Source: an uncultured cyanobacterium
Lineage (GTDB): Bacteria; Cyanobacteriota; Cyanobacteriia; Cyanobacteriales; Microcystaceae
DNA: 27,189 nt
Reading direction: 5' to 3'
NCBI GenBank assembly: GCA_963807635.1
Contig: CAWEDJ010000097.1
Span: forward strand, 1 to 27,189
The notes under the pieces were generated by a model. It had not been told where the DNA came from. It did not search any database and saw only the letters and a list, made by a program, of their open reading frames with translations. Numbering within the stretch: the stretch's first letter is position 1; each line of letters opens with the position of its first letter. This document shows, piece after piece, positions 10,288 through 20,245 of the stretch. Position numbers and translations under genes: made by a program.

Positions 10288-12978
10288 CTATTGATTGGTA
10301 ATTAACTGTTCCAAATCTTTTCGGATATTAGGAAAATCATTAATAGTATGGTTTAAATTATCCCCATCAAATTCCTTAATTTGCAAATCTAATTTTGTAG
10401 TATAGTTAATTAAAAGAACAAAAGGATATTCCTCACATAAAAGCTGTAGGCGTTTTGCAAATTGCCGTAGCTCTTTCATGATCATAGTCTGACGCAATTT
10501 TGGCCAGACAGTTTCTTCTTCTATTTTTAATTGCTTAATTAATTCGGGTAATTTACTGAAATCTTCGGCGATCACATTGGATCGAGGGGATGAATCATTG
10601 ACTTCCTTTACAGGCTCAATTATACCCTGGGAGTGAACTACATTGGCAGAAGAACAATCCGACTCTGGACGCAGGGTTAAAATACTTTTTAAAGCTTCTA
10701 CTAAATCGGCTCTAACAAGAGGTTTAGTGAGAAAACCTTGGCAATGAGGCTTTAATTGATTTCGTAAATCCACCATTAAAGAAGCCGTTAAAATGAGGAT
10801 AGGAATTGTAGAAGTATCAGGATTATTGCGTAACCAGAGGGTTGCTTCTTGACCATCTAAGTTCGGCATTAAAATATCCATAATAATCACATCAGGATGA
10901 TGATTTTTAGCCATTTGAATCGCTTCATAACCGTCACTAGCCTCTATGATTTTATGGTCTGTAGATTGGAAAAAACTGCGGAGTAAATGACGATTGGATT
11001 CAATATCATCAACGATTAAAATGGTTGCAGGAACAAACTGATTGAAATCAATATCTTGATGGTGGTTAAACGTTTGATGGGAATAGGTTTCAATCATAAC
11101 AGAGGGAAAAATCAAAGTAAAAACACTTCCTTTGCCTAATTCACTCCTTAATTCAATTGATCCCCCTAGCATTTCCGTTAACCGTCGAGTAATCGTTAAA
11201 CCTAAGCCCGTGCCACCGTATTTACGGGTACTTTGTCCTTCGCTTTGGGTGAAAATATCAAAAATTCGCGTTTGATTTTCGGGGGCAATGCCAATGCCTG
11301 TATCTTGAATTTGTAAAACGAGTTGAATTTTTTGCTCATCTGATAAGATGCTCGATACCTGAATACTGACATGACCCTGTTCGGTGAATTTAATGGCGTT
11401 GCCCACCATATTAAAGAGAATCTGTCGTAATCGGACTTCATCAAAGGCGATCGCCTCTGGAACGGATTCGTCCACAGTGGCCAGCAGTTTAATTCCTTTT
11501 TCTGCGGCTTTTACGGAAAATATTTGCTGAATATCACTAATTAACCCCCGAAGATTAATGCCTTCGTAGCTGAGTTGAAGTTTTCCTGCTTCAATTTTAG
11601 ACAGATCCAAAATGTCATTGATCAGGGACATCAGAGTTTTTCCACTGGAACGAATGGCTTGGAGATAACTCTGGTAACGCTCATCGGTGGTCATACCCTG
11701 AAGTAAATCGGAAAACCCTAAAATCGCATTCATGGGAGTCCGAATTTCGTGGCTCATATTGGCTAAAAATTCACTTTTTGTCCGATTCGCAATTTCTGCC
11801 GCTTCTTTGGCCATTTTAAGTTCTTCTTCGGCTTCTTTTTTAGCGGTAATATCCGTAATGGTTCCCACTAGGCGATAGGGTTTACCCTCCTCATCTCGCA
11901 AACATTTACCTTTAGCAGAAGTCCAAATATAATGACCATTGCGGTGCTTCATACGATGGGTATTTTCGTAAATTGGCGTTTCTCCGCGCAAATGACGTTG
12001 GATAGCCTCTTCTGCTGAACTAAAATCTTGAGGGTGGACGTTTTTTGACCAGGTAGACAAGAGAAAAGGAAGGGGAGCCGATTCATAGCCCAGAATTTTC
12101 ATCCAAACGGGAGAATAATAAACCTCGTTGCTAAGGATATCCCAATCCCAGAGACCATCATTGGTTCCTGAAATGGCGAGATTGTAGCGTTCTTCACTGA
12201 GTTCCAAGGCTTTGGTATTTTCTTGGATTTTGGTGGCCATTCGGTCAAAGGCAGTGGAAATTTGGGCGATTTCATCCGATCCTGAAAGGGAGGCGCGATC
12301 GCTTAATTCTCCATTGGCTAGATTATTGCTCACCGCGACTAGGCGGGCGACTCGTCGAGTGAGGGTGAGTTCAAAGAAAAACCATAGTCCCAGACAAAAA
12401 ATCATCAGTGTGCCGCAAAATAACAAGGAGCGTTTGAGGGCAATTTGTTGAGATTGTTGTTTAATTTCCGTTAGATCATGTTCCAAAAAAAGAATCCCGA
12501 CACGGGAGGGGCGCAGTTCCCCTGGAAGCGATTGCAGTAAAACGGGATAGATAGCAATTAATTTTTGTCTATTTTGGGAAAAAAGAATTTTGCCCGCCAT
12601 TGTAGAACGCACTTCACGAAACGTTTTAACGTAAGGAGCGGCAACGGTTTCACTAATGAGGCGATCGCGACTCTCGTAACGATTGGCTAGACGAACAATG
12701 TCATGATCATCAAAGAGAATGGCAGAGGTGAGATTGGGATCACTCCCCAATTGACTAATGGCAATTTCGGCCTGTTCAACATCAGAGCGACGATAGACGT
12801 AATCCAGAATGCTTGCAGTCCGACTGGCCGAGGTTTGAACAAAATCCTTACTAGTAGTTTCAGCTCTGCGGTAACTTTCCGTAATTTCTTGTTCAAAAGA
12901 AATTAATCCCAACAAACTGCCGTACAAAACTAAAATTGTCGGGATTGAAAATTTCAGAGGAAAGGGAAAACGTTTCAT
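10288..12978 (-). CDS. Membrane hybrid histidine kinase (extracytoplasmic sensor-HAMP-PAS-HisKA-HATPase-REC)
   Basis: Two transmembrane segments, HAMP (DEIAQISTAFDRMA), PAS (DGLWDWD...VHPQD), H-box FLANMSHEIRTPMN, N/G boxes (NAIKFT, DTGIGI, GTGLGL), and receiver ILIVDD...MDILMP...LTA...KP. Confidence 0.95.
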   Translation of the reverse strand: MKRFPFPLKFSIPTILVLYGSLLGLISFEQEITESYRRAETTSKDFVQTSASRTASILDYVYRRSDVEQAEIAISQLGSDPNLTSAILFDDHDIVRLANRYESRDRLISETVAAPYVKTFREVRSTMAGKILFSQNRQKLIAIYPVLLQSLPGELRPSRVGILFLEHDLTEIKQQSQQIALKRSLLFCGTLMIFCLGLWFFFELTLTRRVARLVAVSNNLANGELSDRASLSGSDEIAQISTAFDRMATKIQENTKALELSEERYNLAISGTNDGLWDWDILSNEVYYSPVWMKILGYESAPLPFLLSTWSKNVHPQDFSSAEEAIQRHLRGETPIYENTHRMKHRNGHYIWTSAKGKCLRDEEGKPYRLVGTITDITAKKEAEEELKMAKEAAEIANRTKSEFLANMSHEIRTPMNAILGFSDLLQGMTTDERYQSYLQAIRSSGKTLMSLINDILDLSKIEAGKLQLSYEGINLRGLISDIQQIFSVKAAEKGIKLLATVDESVPEAIAFDEVRLRQILFNMVGNAIKFTEQGHVSIQVSSILSDEQKIQLVLQIQDTGIGIAPENQTRIFDIFTQSEGQSTRKYGGTGLGLTITRRLTEMLGGSIELRSELGKGSVFTLIFPSVMIETYSHQTFNHHQDIDFNQFVPATILIVDDIESNRHLLRSFFQSTDHKIIEASDGYEAIQMAKNHHPDVIIMDILMPNLDGQEATLWLRNNPDTSTIPILILTASLMVDLRNQLKPHCQGFLTKPLVRADLVEALKSILTLRPESDCSSANVVHSQGIIEPVKEVNDSSPRSNVIAEDFSKLPELIKQLKIEEETVWPKLRQTMIMKELRQFAKRLQLLCEEYPFVLLINYTTKLDLQIKEFDGDNLNHTINDFPNIRKDLEQLITNQ

Positions 12979-13010
12979 TCGATACGTCTGTCCATTTTAG
13001 GTAAATAAGA

Positions 13011-14051
13011 TTAGGGTTTAGCATTCTTGACGAATTGGGGATCAAGTAGAGTGGCTGGATCAACTTTTTTAGGGAGTAGTTTATTTTCAACCATGATATC
13101 CACTAGTTTGTTCATCCCATTCACCAAGGTCGGGTCACTTTGATCGAGTAATCGCAAATTGTCGGCTAAATTGGGCTGAATGATTCCTTTAAACGCATCG
13201 AGAATCTGCTCAGGAGAAACTTTAGTTCGGGGGGCAATGCGAGCGGCGGCATCCTGGGGATTTTTGTCTAAATACTCTAAGGCACGAAACCGAGCATTCA
13301 CGAGGGCTTGGATGGTATCAGGGGAATTGGCGATCGCGTCCTTACGAACCACGAGGGTATCTACAATTTCCCCTGGAATCTGACTGCTATCAAACAACAT
13401 TTTTGCCCCTGCGTCTAGTAATTTTGCCATAGCAGGCCCAAATGTAACCACCGCATCGACTCTTCCTTCTTTGTAAGCCCGTTCATGTTCGGTTAATTCG
13501 AGGGAAACAATTTGAATATCCTTGGGAGTTATGCCATTTTTTTCCAGGGCGCGGGCGAGAAAAAAGGCTCCTAGGGCAGTGGACTCTACCCCGACTCGTT
13601 TCCCCTTTAATCCTCTAATATCCTTAATTTCTGGTCTTCCCAAAATCGCATCTGCGCCATTAGAAAAATCCATGATGGCAATAATCCGTACATCTTCCTG
13701 GGTCGCCGCCAAGACTAAGGCTTGATCAATCGAAAGTCCCGCTCCCTCAATTTCACCATTACGATAGGCCCTAACTTCTTCGGTTCCTGATGGATAATCC
13801 ACTAATTGAATCGGTTTATCCTTAAAATAGCCTAAATTTCGTGCTAAATAGAGGGTTTCGTAGCCTGGCCAAAGATTGGTTGCAATACGGACAGGAGAAG
13901 CCACGGGACTACTACAATTGGTCAAGGCGATCGCGACTAGACTCGCCATTAAACCCAAAGTAAGATATTTGAAAAATTGGCTTTGTAATCGCCCTAATCC
14001 TTGCTGAAGCCCAAAAAAACTCTGGGAGAGCAATCCTTTTAATCGATCCAT
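13011..14051 (-). CDS. NitT/TauT (NMT1/SsuA-like) substrate-binding lipoprotein
   Basis: Lipobox-like ALTNC; WPGYETLYLA, DFSNGADAI and LKGKRVGVE motifs typical of this SBP class. Confidence 0.85.
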   Translation of the reverse strand: MDRLKGLLSQSFFGLQQGLGRLQSQFFKYLTLGLMASLVAIALTNCSSPVASPVRIATNLWPGYETLYLARNLGYFKDKPIQLVDYPSGTEEVRAYRNGEIEGAGLSIDQALVLAATQEDVRIIAIMDFSNGADAILGRPEIKDIRGLKGKRVGVESTALGAFFLARALEKNGITPKDIQIVSLELTEHERAYKEGRVDAVVTFGPAMAKLLDAGAKMLFDSSQIPGEIVDTLVVRKDAIANSPDTIQALVNARFRALEYLDKNPQDAAARIAPRTKVSPEQILDAFKGIIQPNLADNLRLLDQSDPTLVNGMNKLVDIMVENKLLPKKVDPATLLDPQFVKNAKP

Positions 14052-14163
14052 AAATTTTTCATTCCTATCTGCAAAAACTTGATGCTGAATAATCCATCAT
14101 TTTGTTGTAATTTTTCTACCATATTTTCTCAAACATTACAGGTAAAAATGGCATAAAAAAACA

Positions 14164-14201
14164 AAAATTAAGGTGACTTTCAGTAAAGCTACCTTAATTT
14201 T
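14164..14201 (-). terminator. Intrinsic terminator downstream of the 14247..15332 gene
   Basis: Inverted repeat AAAATTAAGGT...ACCTTAATTTT with an inner CTTT/AAAG pair; the A-run at about 14155-14167 gives a U-tract on the minus strand. Confidence 0.65.
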
Positions 14202-14246
14202 CAGAATTATTCATTGGCGATCGCCTCTAAAAGACTGAATCAAACG

Positions 14247-15332
14247 CTAAATTTCATCCGTCTCAAAATCAACATAAACCGCACCCGTTTTCTTATCCGT
14301 CAACCATTTTAGATATTTAAAATAAACCTCCTCACCCACAAATTCAGGGGCAAAATCGATGGGCTGTTTGTACTGGTGGGGCGGATGAGCAGCTCGAATA
14401 CTCAGGGCCGTTTGATAGGGCCTAAACCATCGTTTTGTGATTCCCATTAACTCTTCAAATTTGATATAGGAAACCCCGTGTCGGTAGGATAAACCAATGT
14501 ATTGAATCATCCTCGCGTAGGTTTCAGGGTTATTATTTTTGTCCGAAACATTAATGATTTTACGCAATTTTTCAAACGAACTATAGTTTGCCATTACCAA
14601 GGAAACCAAGGCTTTGTAATCCTGTAAATCCTGTTTGTTGAGACTTTGAACCAATTCAGAAATTTCTCGTAGAACGGAATAATCCGCTAGTTGATAGGCT
14701 TTAAAAAGAGACAGTAACTTCAATCCCAATTCATGTTCGGATAGTCGGTCTAGATGCTTAGAATAGGCATTCAAGGCAACCTTTCCTTCTTCCGTTTTGG
14801 TCTGCGGTATCGTTTCTGATAACTTCAGTTGAACATTTTGGCGGAAGGATTCCGTACTACTATGATTCGCCAGTAATTCTTCTATATATTGATAAAAATC
14901 CTGTTGCTTAGAGCCGCGATATCGGAGTTCCGTTTGGTCAATGGCGATAAAACTATCCTTGGTATCAATCGCTAATTGCAAAAGTTGAATACTTTCCAGC
15001 AGGCCCGCATATTGATCCAGATTTTTATTCAGTAAATATTTAATTTTAATAAAAACCAAAAATTCATCATTGCCAAATTTTTCATTGTCAATAATTTGCA
15101 TATTCTTGCCTAAAATCCGAATATCTCCCATCGCTCGGTTATAGAGAAAGATGGTACTTTCGGAAACTTCTTCTTTTATATGAAAAAGATGACCGAACCA
15201 ACGATGGAGCCATTTTCCGATTAACCCATTTTGACTAAAAATTCCCCGTTGCCACCATTTTTTGGGGGGACTAGAAGAAGTAACATCGGGATCAAGTGTG
15301 GTTTGGGCAGGTTTGTTCATTGTAATCCTCAC
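14247..15332 (-). CDS. Hypothetical helical protein (about 357-361 aa)
   Basis: Long uninterrupted ORF followed by a terminator; no motif recognised. Confidence 0.8.
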   Translation of the reverse strand: MRITMNKPAQTTLDPDVTSSSPPKKWWQRGIFSQNGLIGKWLHRWFGHLFHIKEEVSESTIFLYNRAMGDIRILGKNMQIIDNEKFGNDEFLVFIKIKYLLNKNLDQYAGLLESIQLLQLAIDTKDSFIAIDQTELRYRGSKQQDFYQYIEELLANHSSTESFRQNVQLKLSETIPQTKTEEGKVALNAYSKHLDRLSEHELGLKLLSLFKAYQLADYSVLREISELVQSLNKQDLQDYKALVSLVMANYSSFEKLRKIINVSDKNNNPETYARMIQYIGLSYRHGVSYIKFEELMGITKRWFRPYQTALSIRAAHPPHQYKQPIDFAPEFVGEEVYFKYLKWLTDKKTGAVYVDFETDEI

Positions 15333-15552
15333 AGTTTTTATAATGTAACTGGGTTTTTCCTATTGGAAAACTTAATTGATAAATTTTTGTGTATTTCTAT
15401 TGATTATATTTATTGCTGAATTTGGAATTTGTAACAGGGATTAAGTCTTTCTATGGTTGAAATTTGGGAGTGATTATCGATTTTAAAGGGAATTATTCCC
15501 AGAAAATCAACTAATTTTGAAAAAAAGTATCGATCTCGAACTAAGTCAAACG

Positions 15553-15611
15553 ATCTTAATCTGTTTTTAGCCAAAATGTCAAGAAAATTAAGTGAATATG
15601 TCAAGAAAATT
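15553..15611 (-). promoter_or_regulatory. Tandem 14-bp direct repeat containing TTGACA on the minus strand; candidate sigma-70 promoter or operator
   Basis: ATGTCAAGAAAATT at 15576..15589 and 15598..15611. The minus strand reads TTGACA-N18-TAAGAT (15582 to 15553). Confidence 0.45.
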
Positions 15612-15792
15612 CATCTTGCCAAATACCAAAAAAGAAAGAAGCTTTCCAGTCATCTATTCTAGAAGAATAGGAAATATTTTCTGATGAATCTATTTCACCG
15701 CTAAACTTAATCAATAGGGGGAAAGGCGCGATCGCGATCAAGAGTGTTGCAGGTCTTTCCAAACTTTTTAACTTTATTTTTCTCACCTGATT

Positions 15793-17856
15793 ATGACGAA
15801 CCGTCTTGCCCAGTGCCAAAGCCTTTATCTTCGTAAACACGCTGAAAATCCTATTGATTGGTGGAGTTGGACAAAAGAGGCTCTTGAAACCGCAAAATCT
15901 CACAATAAACCGATTTTTCTCTCGATTGGTTACGCTAGTTGCCATTGGTGTACGGTGATGGAAGGAGAAGCGTTTTCTGATTTGGCGATCGCCGATTATT
16001 TGAACACCCATTTTTTACCGATTAAAGTTGATCGAGAAGAACGACCTGATATCGACAGCATCTATATGCAGGCATTACAGGCAATGACGGGAGAAGGTGG
16101 TTGGCCCCTCAATATTTTTCTCACGCCCGATCAATTAATTCCCTTCTATGGCGGAACCTATTTTCCCCTCGAATCCCGCTATGGTCGCCCTGGTTTTATC
16201 AATGTTTTACAATCTGTCCGTCGTTTTTATGATCAAGATAAGGAAAAATTAGGAAATTTTACGACCGAACTTCTCCAGGTTTTACAAAACTCGACGCTAC
16301 TAGCAAGAAGTGAATTAGATCTACAAAATCCCGCCTTACTTTATCGAGGAATAGAAACTTGTACCCAGATTATTGCGGCAAGTGAAAAAGATTTTGGCCG
16401 ACTCAGTTTTCCTATGATTCCCTATGCCAACTTAGTGCTTCAGGGAAGCCGATTGCCGATTAATGATCCTAAAAATAGTCGAGAAATTGCTTATCAACGG
16501 GGAGAAAATCTGGCACTAGGGGGAATTTATGACCATGTAGCGGGAGGTTTTCATCGCTATACGGTGGATGCTACCTGGACAGTCCCCCATTTTGAAAAAA
16601 TGCTCTACGATAATGGGCAAATTGTTGAATATTTAGCCAATCTTTGGAGTGCAGATAAGCCAGACCCAACTTTTCAAAGGGCGATCGCTGGAACGGTGCA
16701 ATGGTTACAACGGGAAATGACGGCTCCCGAAGGTTATTTCTATGCGTCCCAGGATGCGGATAATTTCATTGATTCCCAGGCCCTAGAACCCGAAGAAGGC
16801 GATTTTTATGCGTGGGATTATCAAGAATTAGCCGAACTGTTAACGGCCGATGAATTAACCCAATTACAATCCGTTTTTCGTATTACAACGACGGGAAATT
16901 TTGATGGTAAAAATGTCTTACAACGTCATCAGGGAGGGGTTTTATCAACAGAAATTGAAGAAATTCTTGCTAAACTTTTTGTCGTTCGTTATGGCAGTAA
17001 TCATGAGAATTTAACGACCTTTCCCCCTGCCATCAATAATGAGGAAGCTAAAAACAAGCATTGGGCAGGGCGGATTCCACCTGTTACCGATACGAAGATG
17101 ATTGTTGCTTGGAATAGTTTGATGATCTCAGGGTTAGCCAGAGCCTACGCTGTCTTTGCTGATCCTATTTATTGGACATTAGCAACCCAAGCAACCCAAT
17201 TTATTCTGGATCATCAATGGCAAGAAAATCGCTTACATCGTCTTAACTATCAAGGAAAACCAACAACTTTAGCCCAATCGGAAGATTATGCGTTTTTAAT
17301 TAAAGCGTTGTTAGATTTACAAGCGGCTAATCCAACAGAAAAATATTGGTTAGAAAAAGCGATCGCTATTCAAGAGGAATTTGATCAATTTTTCTGGAGT
17401 ATAGAATTAGGTGGATACTATAACAATGGCTTGGATAATAGTCAGAATTTATTAATCCGAGAACGAAGCTATCAAGATAATGCGACTCCTTCGGCTAATG
17501 GCATTGCGATCGCTAATTTAGTCCGTTTGGCGGGACTGACGGATAATTTAGATTATCTCGCTCAAGCAGAACAAGCTCTCAGTGCCTTTAGTTATGTTTT
17601 GAAACAGTCTCCCAAAGCTTGCCCTAGTCTTTTTGTTGCCTTAGATCATTATTGTTTTGGTAATACAGTTCGCAGTCAATCTGAGCTTTTAAGCACGCTT
17701 TGTCCCCAATATTTACCCGTTACCCGTTATCAAATTACTGAGAATTTACCTAATCAGGCGATCGCGATCGTTTGTCAGGGATTATCGTGTTTGGAACCAG
17801 CCATTAATCAGGAACAAGTACTGAACCAACTTCAATCTTTAACTCTCTCTGAATAA
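15793..17856 (+). CDS. Thioredoxin-domain protein, DUF255/YyaL (SPATA20-like)
   Basis: MTNRLA...SLYLRKHAENPIDWW, SIGYASCHWCTVME, KVDREERPDID, GGWPL, VPHFEKMLYDN and DNATPSANG motifs. Confidence 0.93.
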   Translation: MTNRLAQCQSLYLRKHAENPIDWWSWTKEALETAKSHNKPIFLSIGYASCHWCTVMEGEAFSDLAIADYLNTHFLPIKVDREERPDIDSIYMQALQAMTGEGGWPLNIFLTPDQLIPFYGGTYFPLESRYGRPGFINVLQSVRRFYDQDKEKLGNFTTELLQVLQNSTLLARSELDLQNPALLYRGIETCTQIIAASEKDFGRLSFPMIPYANLVLQGSRLPINDPKNSREIAYQRGENLALGGIYDHVAGGFHRYTVDATWTVPHFEKMLYDNGQIVEYLANLWSADKPDPTFQRAIAGTVQWLQREMTAPEGYFYASQDADNFIDSQALEPEEGDFYAWDYQELAELLTADELTQLQSVFRITTTGNFDGKNVLQRHQGGVLSTEIEEILAKLFVVRYGSNHENLTTFPPAINNEEAKNKHWAGRIPPVTDTKMIVAWNSLMISGLARAYAVFADPIYWTLATQATQFILDHQWQENRLHRLNYQGKPTTLAQSEDYAFLIKALLDLQAANPTEKYWLEKAIAIQEEFDQFFWSIELGGYYNNGLDNSQNLLIRERSYQDNATPSANGIAIANLVRLAGLTDNLDYLAQAEQALSAFSYVLKQSPKACPSLFVALDHYCFGNTVRSQSELLSTLCPQYLPVTRYQITENLPNQAIAIVCQGLSCLEPAINQEQVLNQLQSLTLSE

Positions 17857-17886
17857 CTCAATCTGCGATCGCTGATCTAAATTTTC

Positions 17887-18980
<1,094 letters not shown>

Positions 18981-19035
18981 GCTTAATTAGCGATTTATGA
19001 TTGAATACTAAAACTTTAAACTGATTTCCCTAAAA

Positions 19036-19320
19036 ATAAGGAGATGACCAGCAACCTCTTTCGTCACCAGCCATCCTATTGCTACGGAAAATATGGGAAA
19101 TACAGTCACCAGCAGAAGGAAAATTTCACACTGACAACCGTATTTCGGTTTAATCCTTACAATCGTCGTCGCTGTCCTTGGGACACTTACCGTTGTGGAT
19201 CGTTTGAGAATCTGTCGGGTATTGAACACTAGCAGTGGCTACCGTTTCGACTCCAATTATGACCAACAACGCGATCGCGAGGCTCATGGCTAGGTTACGT
19301 TTCATAGGTCATCTCCTTAT
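19036..19320. repeat. Perfect 14-bp inverted repeat flanking the small peptide gene
   Basis: ATAAGGAGATGACC at 19036..19049 and GGTCATCTCCTTAT at 19307..19320. Confidence 0.9.
19150..19305 (-). CDS. Small secreted peptide (51 aa), not in the ORF track
   Basis: AAGGAG lies 7 nt upstream of the ATG. Translation MKRNLAMSLAIALLVIIGVETVATA-SVQYPTDSQTIHNGKCPKDSDDDCKD*: basic n-region, hydrophobic h-region and an A-X-A site. Confidence 0.7.
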   Translation of the reverse strand: MKRNLAMSLAIALLVIIGVETVATASVQYPTDSQTIHNGKCPKDSDDDCKD

Positions 19321-19500
19321 CACATCCTGACACACCCAGACAACTCAGAGAGAATTTTACTCTCCACCTTGAGCATAATTTTTTAAACCCAGGATGTCAG
19401 TCCCATCGGAATAAAGATGCAAAATGGAGGAGATAGAAAAAAAGGGAAAAAAGTGGAAATTAGCCAATGTTATCGAGTTGTTCAGCAGGGAAAGAGAAGG

Positions 19501-19644
19501 GTTAAAAAACAATTTTCTAGTTTTCAAGATCTATTGAACAATGCTAATCTTCCTATCCTAGTGGATTTCTACGCAACTTGGTATCGCCCCTGTCAAATGA
19601 TGGTTCCTGTTTTAGAACAAGTCCGTGTTCAACTCCGCGATCGC
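19501..19644 (+). pseudogene. Partial duplicate of the 5' half of the thioredoxin gene
   Basis: 144 bp aligning without gaps to 20252..20395 (13 mismatches by manual count). WCGPC is changed to WYRPC, the native start codon is missing, and similarity ends at a HIP1 site. Confidence 0.9.
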
Positions 19645-19672
19645 CTAGATTAACAGCTTTATACAGATAAAA

Positions 19673-20074
19673 TCAGGATTGATCGAAATTATTTTCTCCA
19701 AAAACGCGATGCAAAATACGCTGGTTTTCTACCTGCAAACCCCGAATTTCCGACTGTAAACCCCGAATTTCTGATTGCATTTTCTCAATATTGACCTGTT
19801 GTTTCCGCATAATACCAACGGATTCCGTGAACATTTCGGATAATCGTCCGATTGATAAGCGCAGATCCAAACTATCTTCTGATAATCTTTCAATACTTTC
19901 GGTATTCCTTTCAATAGCTTCGGCATTACGTTCAATCGCTTTGGAGTTACGCTCAATGGCTTCGGCGTTACGATTACTCAATTCCGTTGTACGGTTGATA
20001 TTTTTTGCGGCAGTTGCTAATAAAATTTCAATTTGGTTTAATCGTTGCTCTGGGGTTAGGTCTTGGGGAGTCAT
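19673..20074 (-). CDS. Small coiled-coil protein with heptad (21-bp) repeats
   Basis: RNAEAIE/RNSKAIE/RNAEAIE/RNTESIE and QSEIRGL x2, ending LQVENQRILHRVFG. Confidence 0.75.
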   Translation of the reverse strand: MTPQDLTPEQRLNQIEILLATAAKNINRTTELSNRNAEAIERNSKAIERNAEAIERNTESIERLSEDSLDLRLSIGRLSEMFTESVGIMRKQQVNIEKMQSEIRGLQSEIRGLQVENQRILHRVFGENNFDQS

Positions 20075-20245
20075 TTTGATATTATTTTTTGATAGAATGA
20101 CAATCGTAATGAAAATCTGTATTTATTTTAGCCTAAAGCATTATTTAAGAGGCGCAATCATATCAATTCATTTGATTGATCTACCAAGGGGAAAAAGAAT
20201 TAGCTATGATCGAAATGATTCATTTTTTTCATTTTCTGCAACATT

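Noticed and set aside
14107..14119. GTA...TAC upstream of the SBP gene as an NtcA box
   Set aside because: The spacer is 7 nt, not the canonical 8.
19044..19232. 62-aa plus-strand ORF preceded by AAGGAG
   Set aside because: The SD abuts the ATG with zero spacing and is simply the inverted-repeat arm; the minus-strand 51-aa ORF has much better gene signals.
19417..19653. 78-aa ORF as a novel thioredoxin variant
   Set aside because: It is an unrelated N-terminus read into a truncated trx duplicate with a destroyed active site; treated as a remnant.
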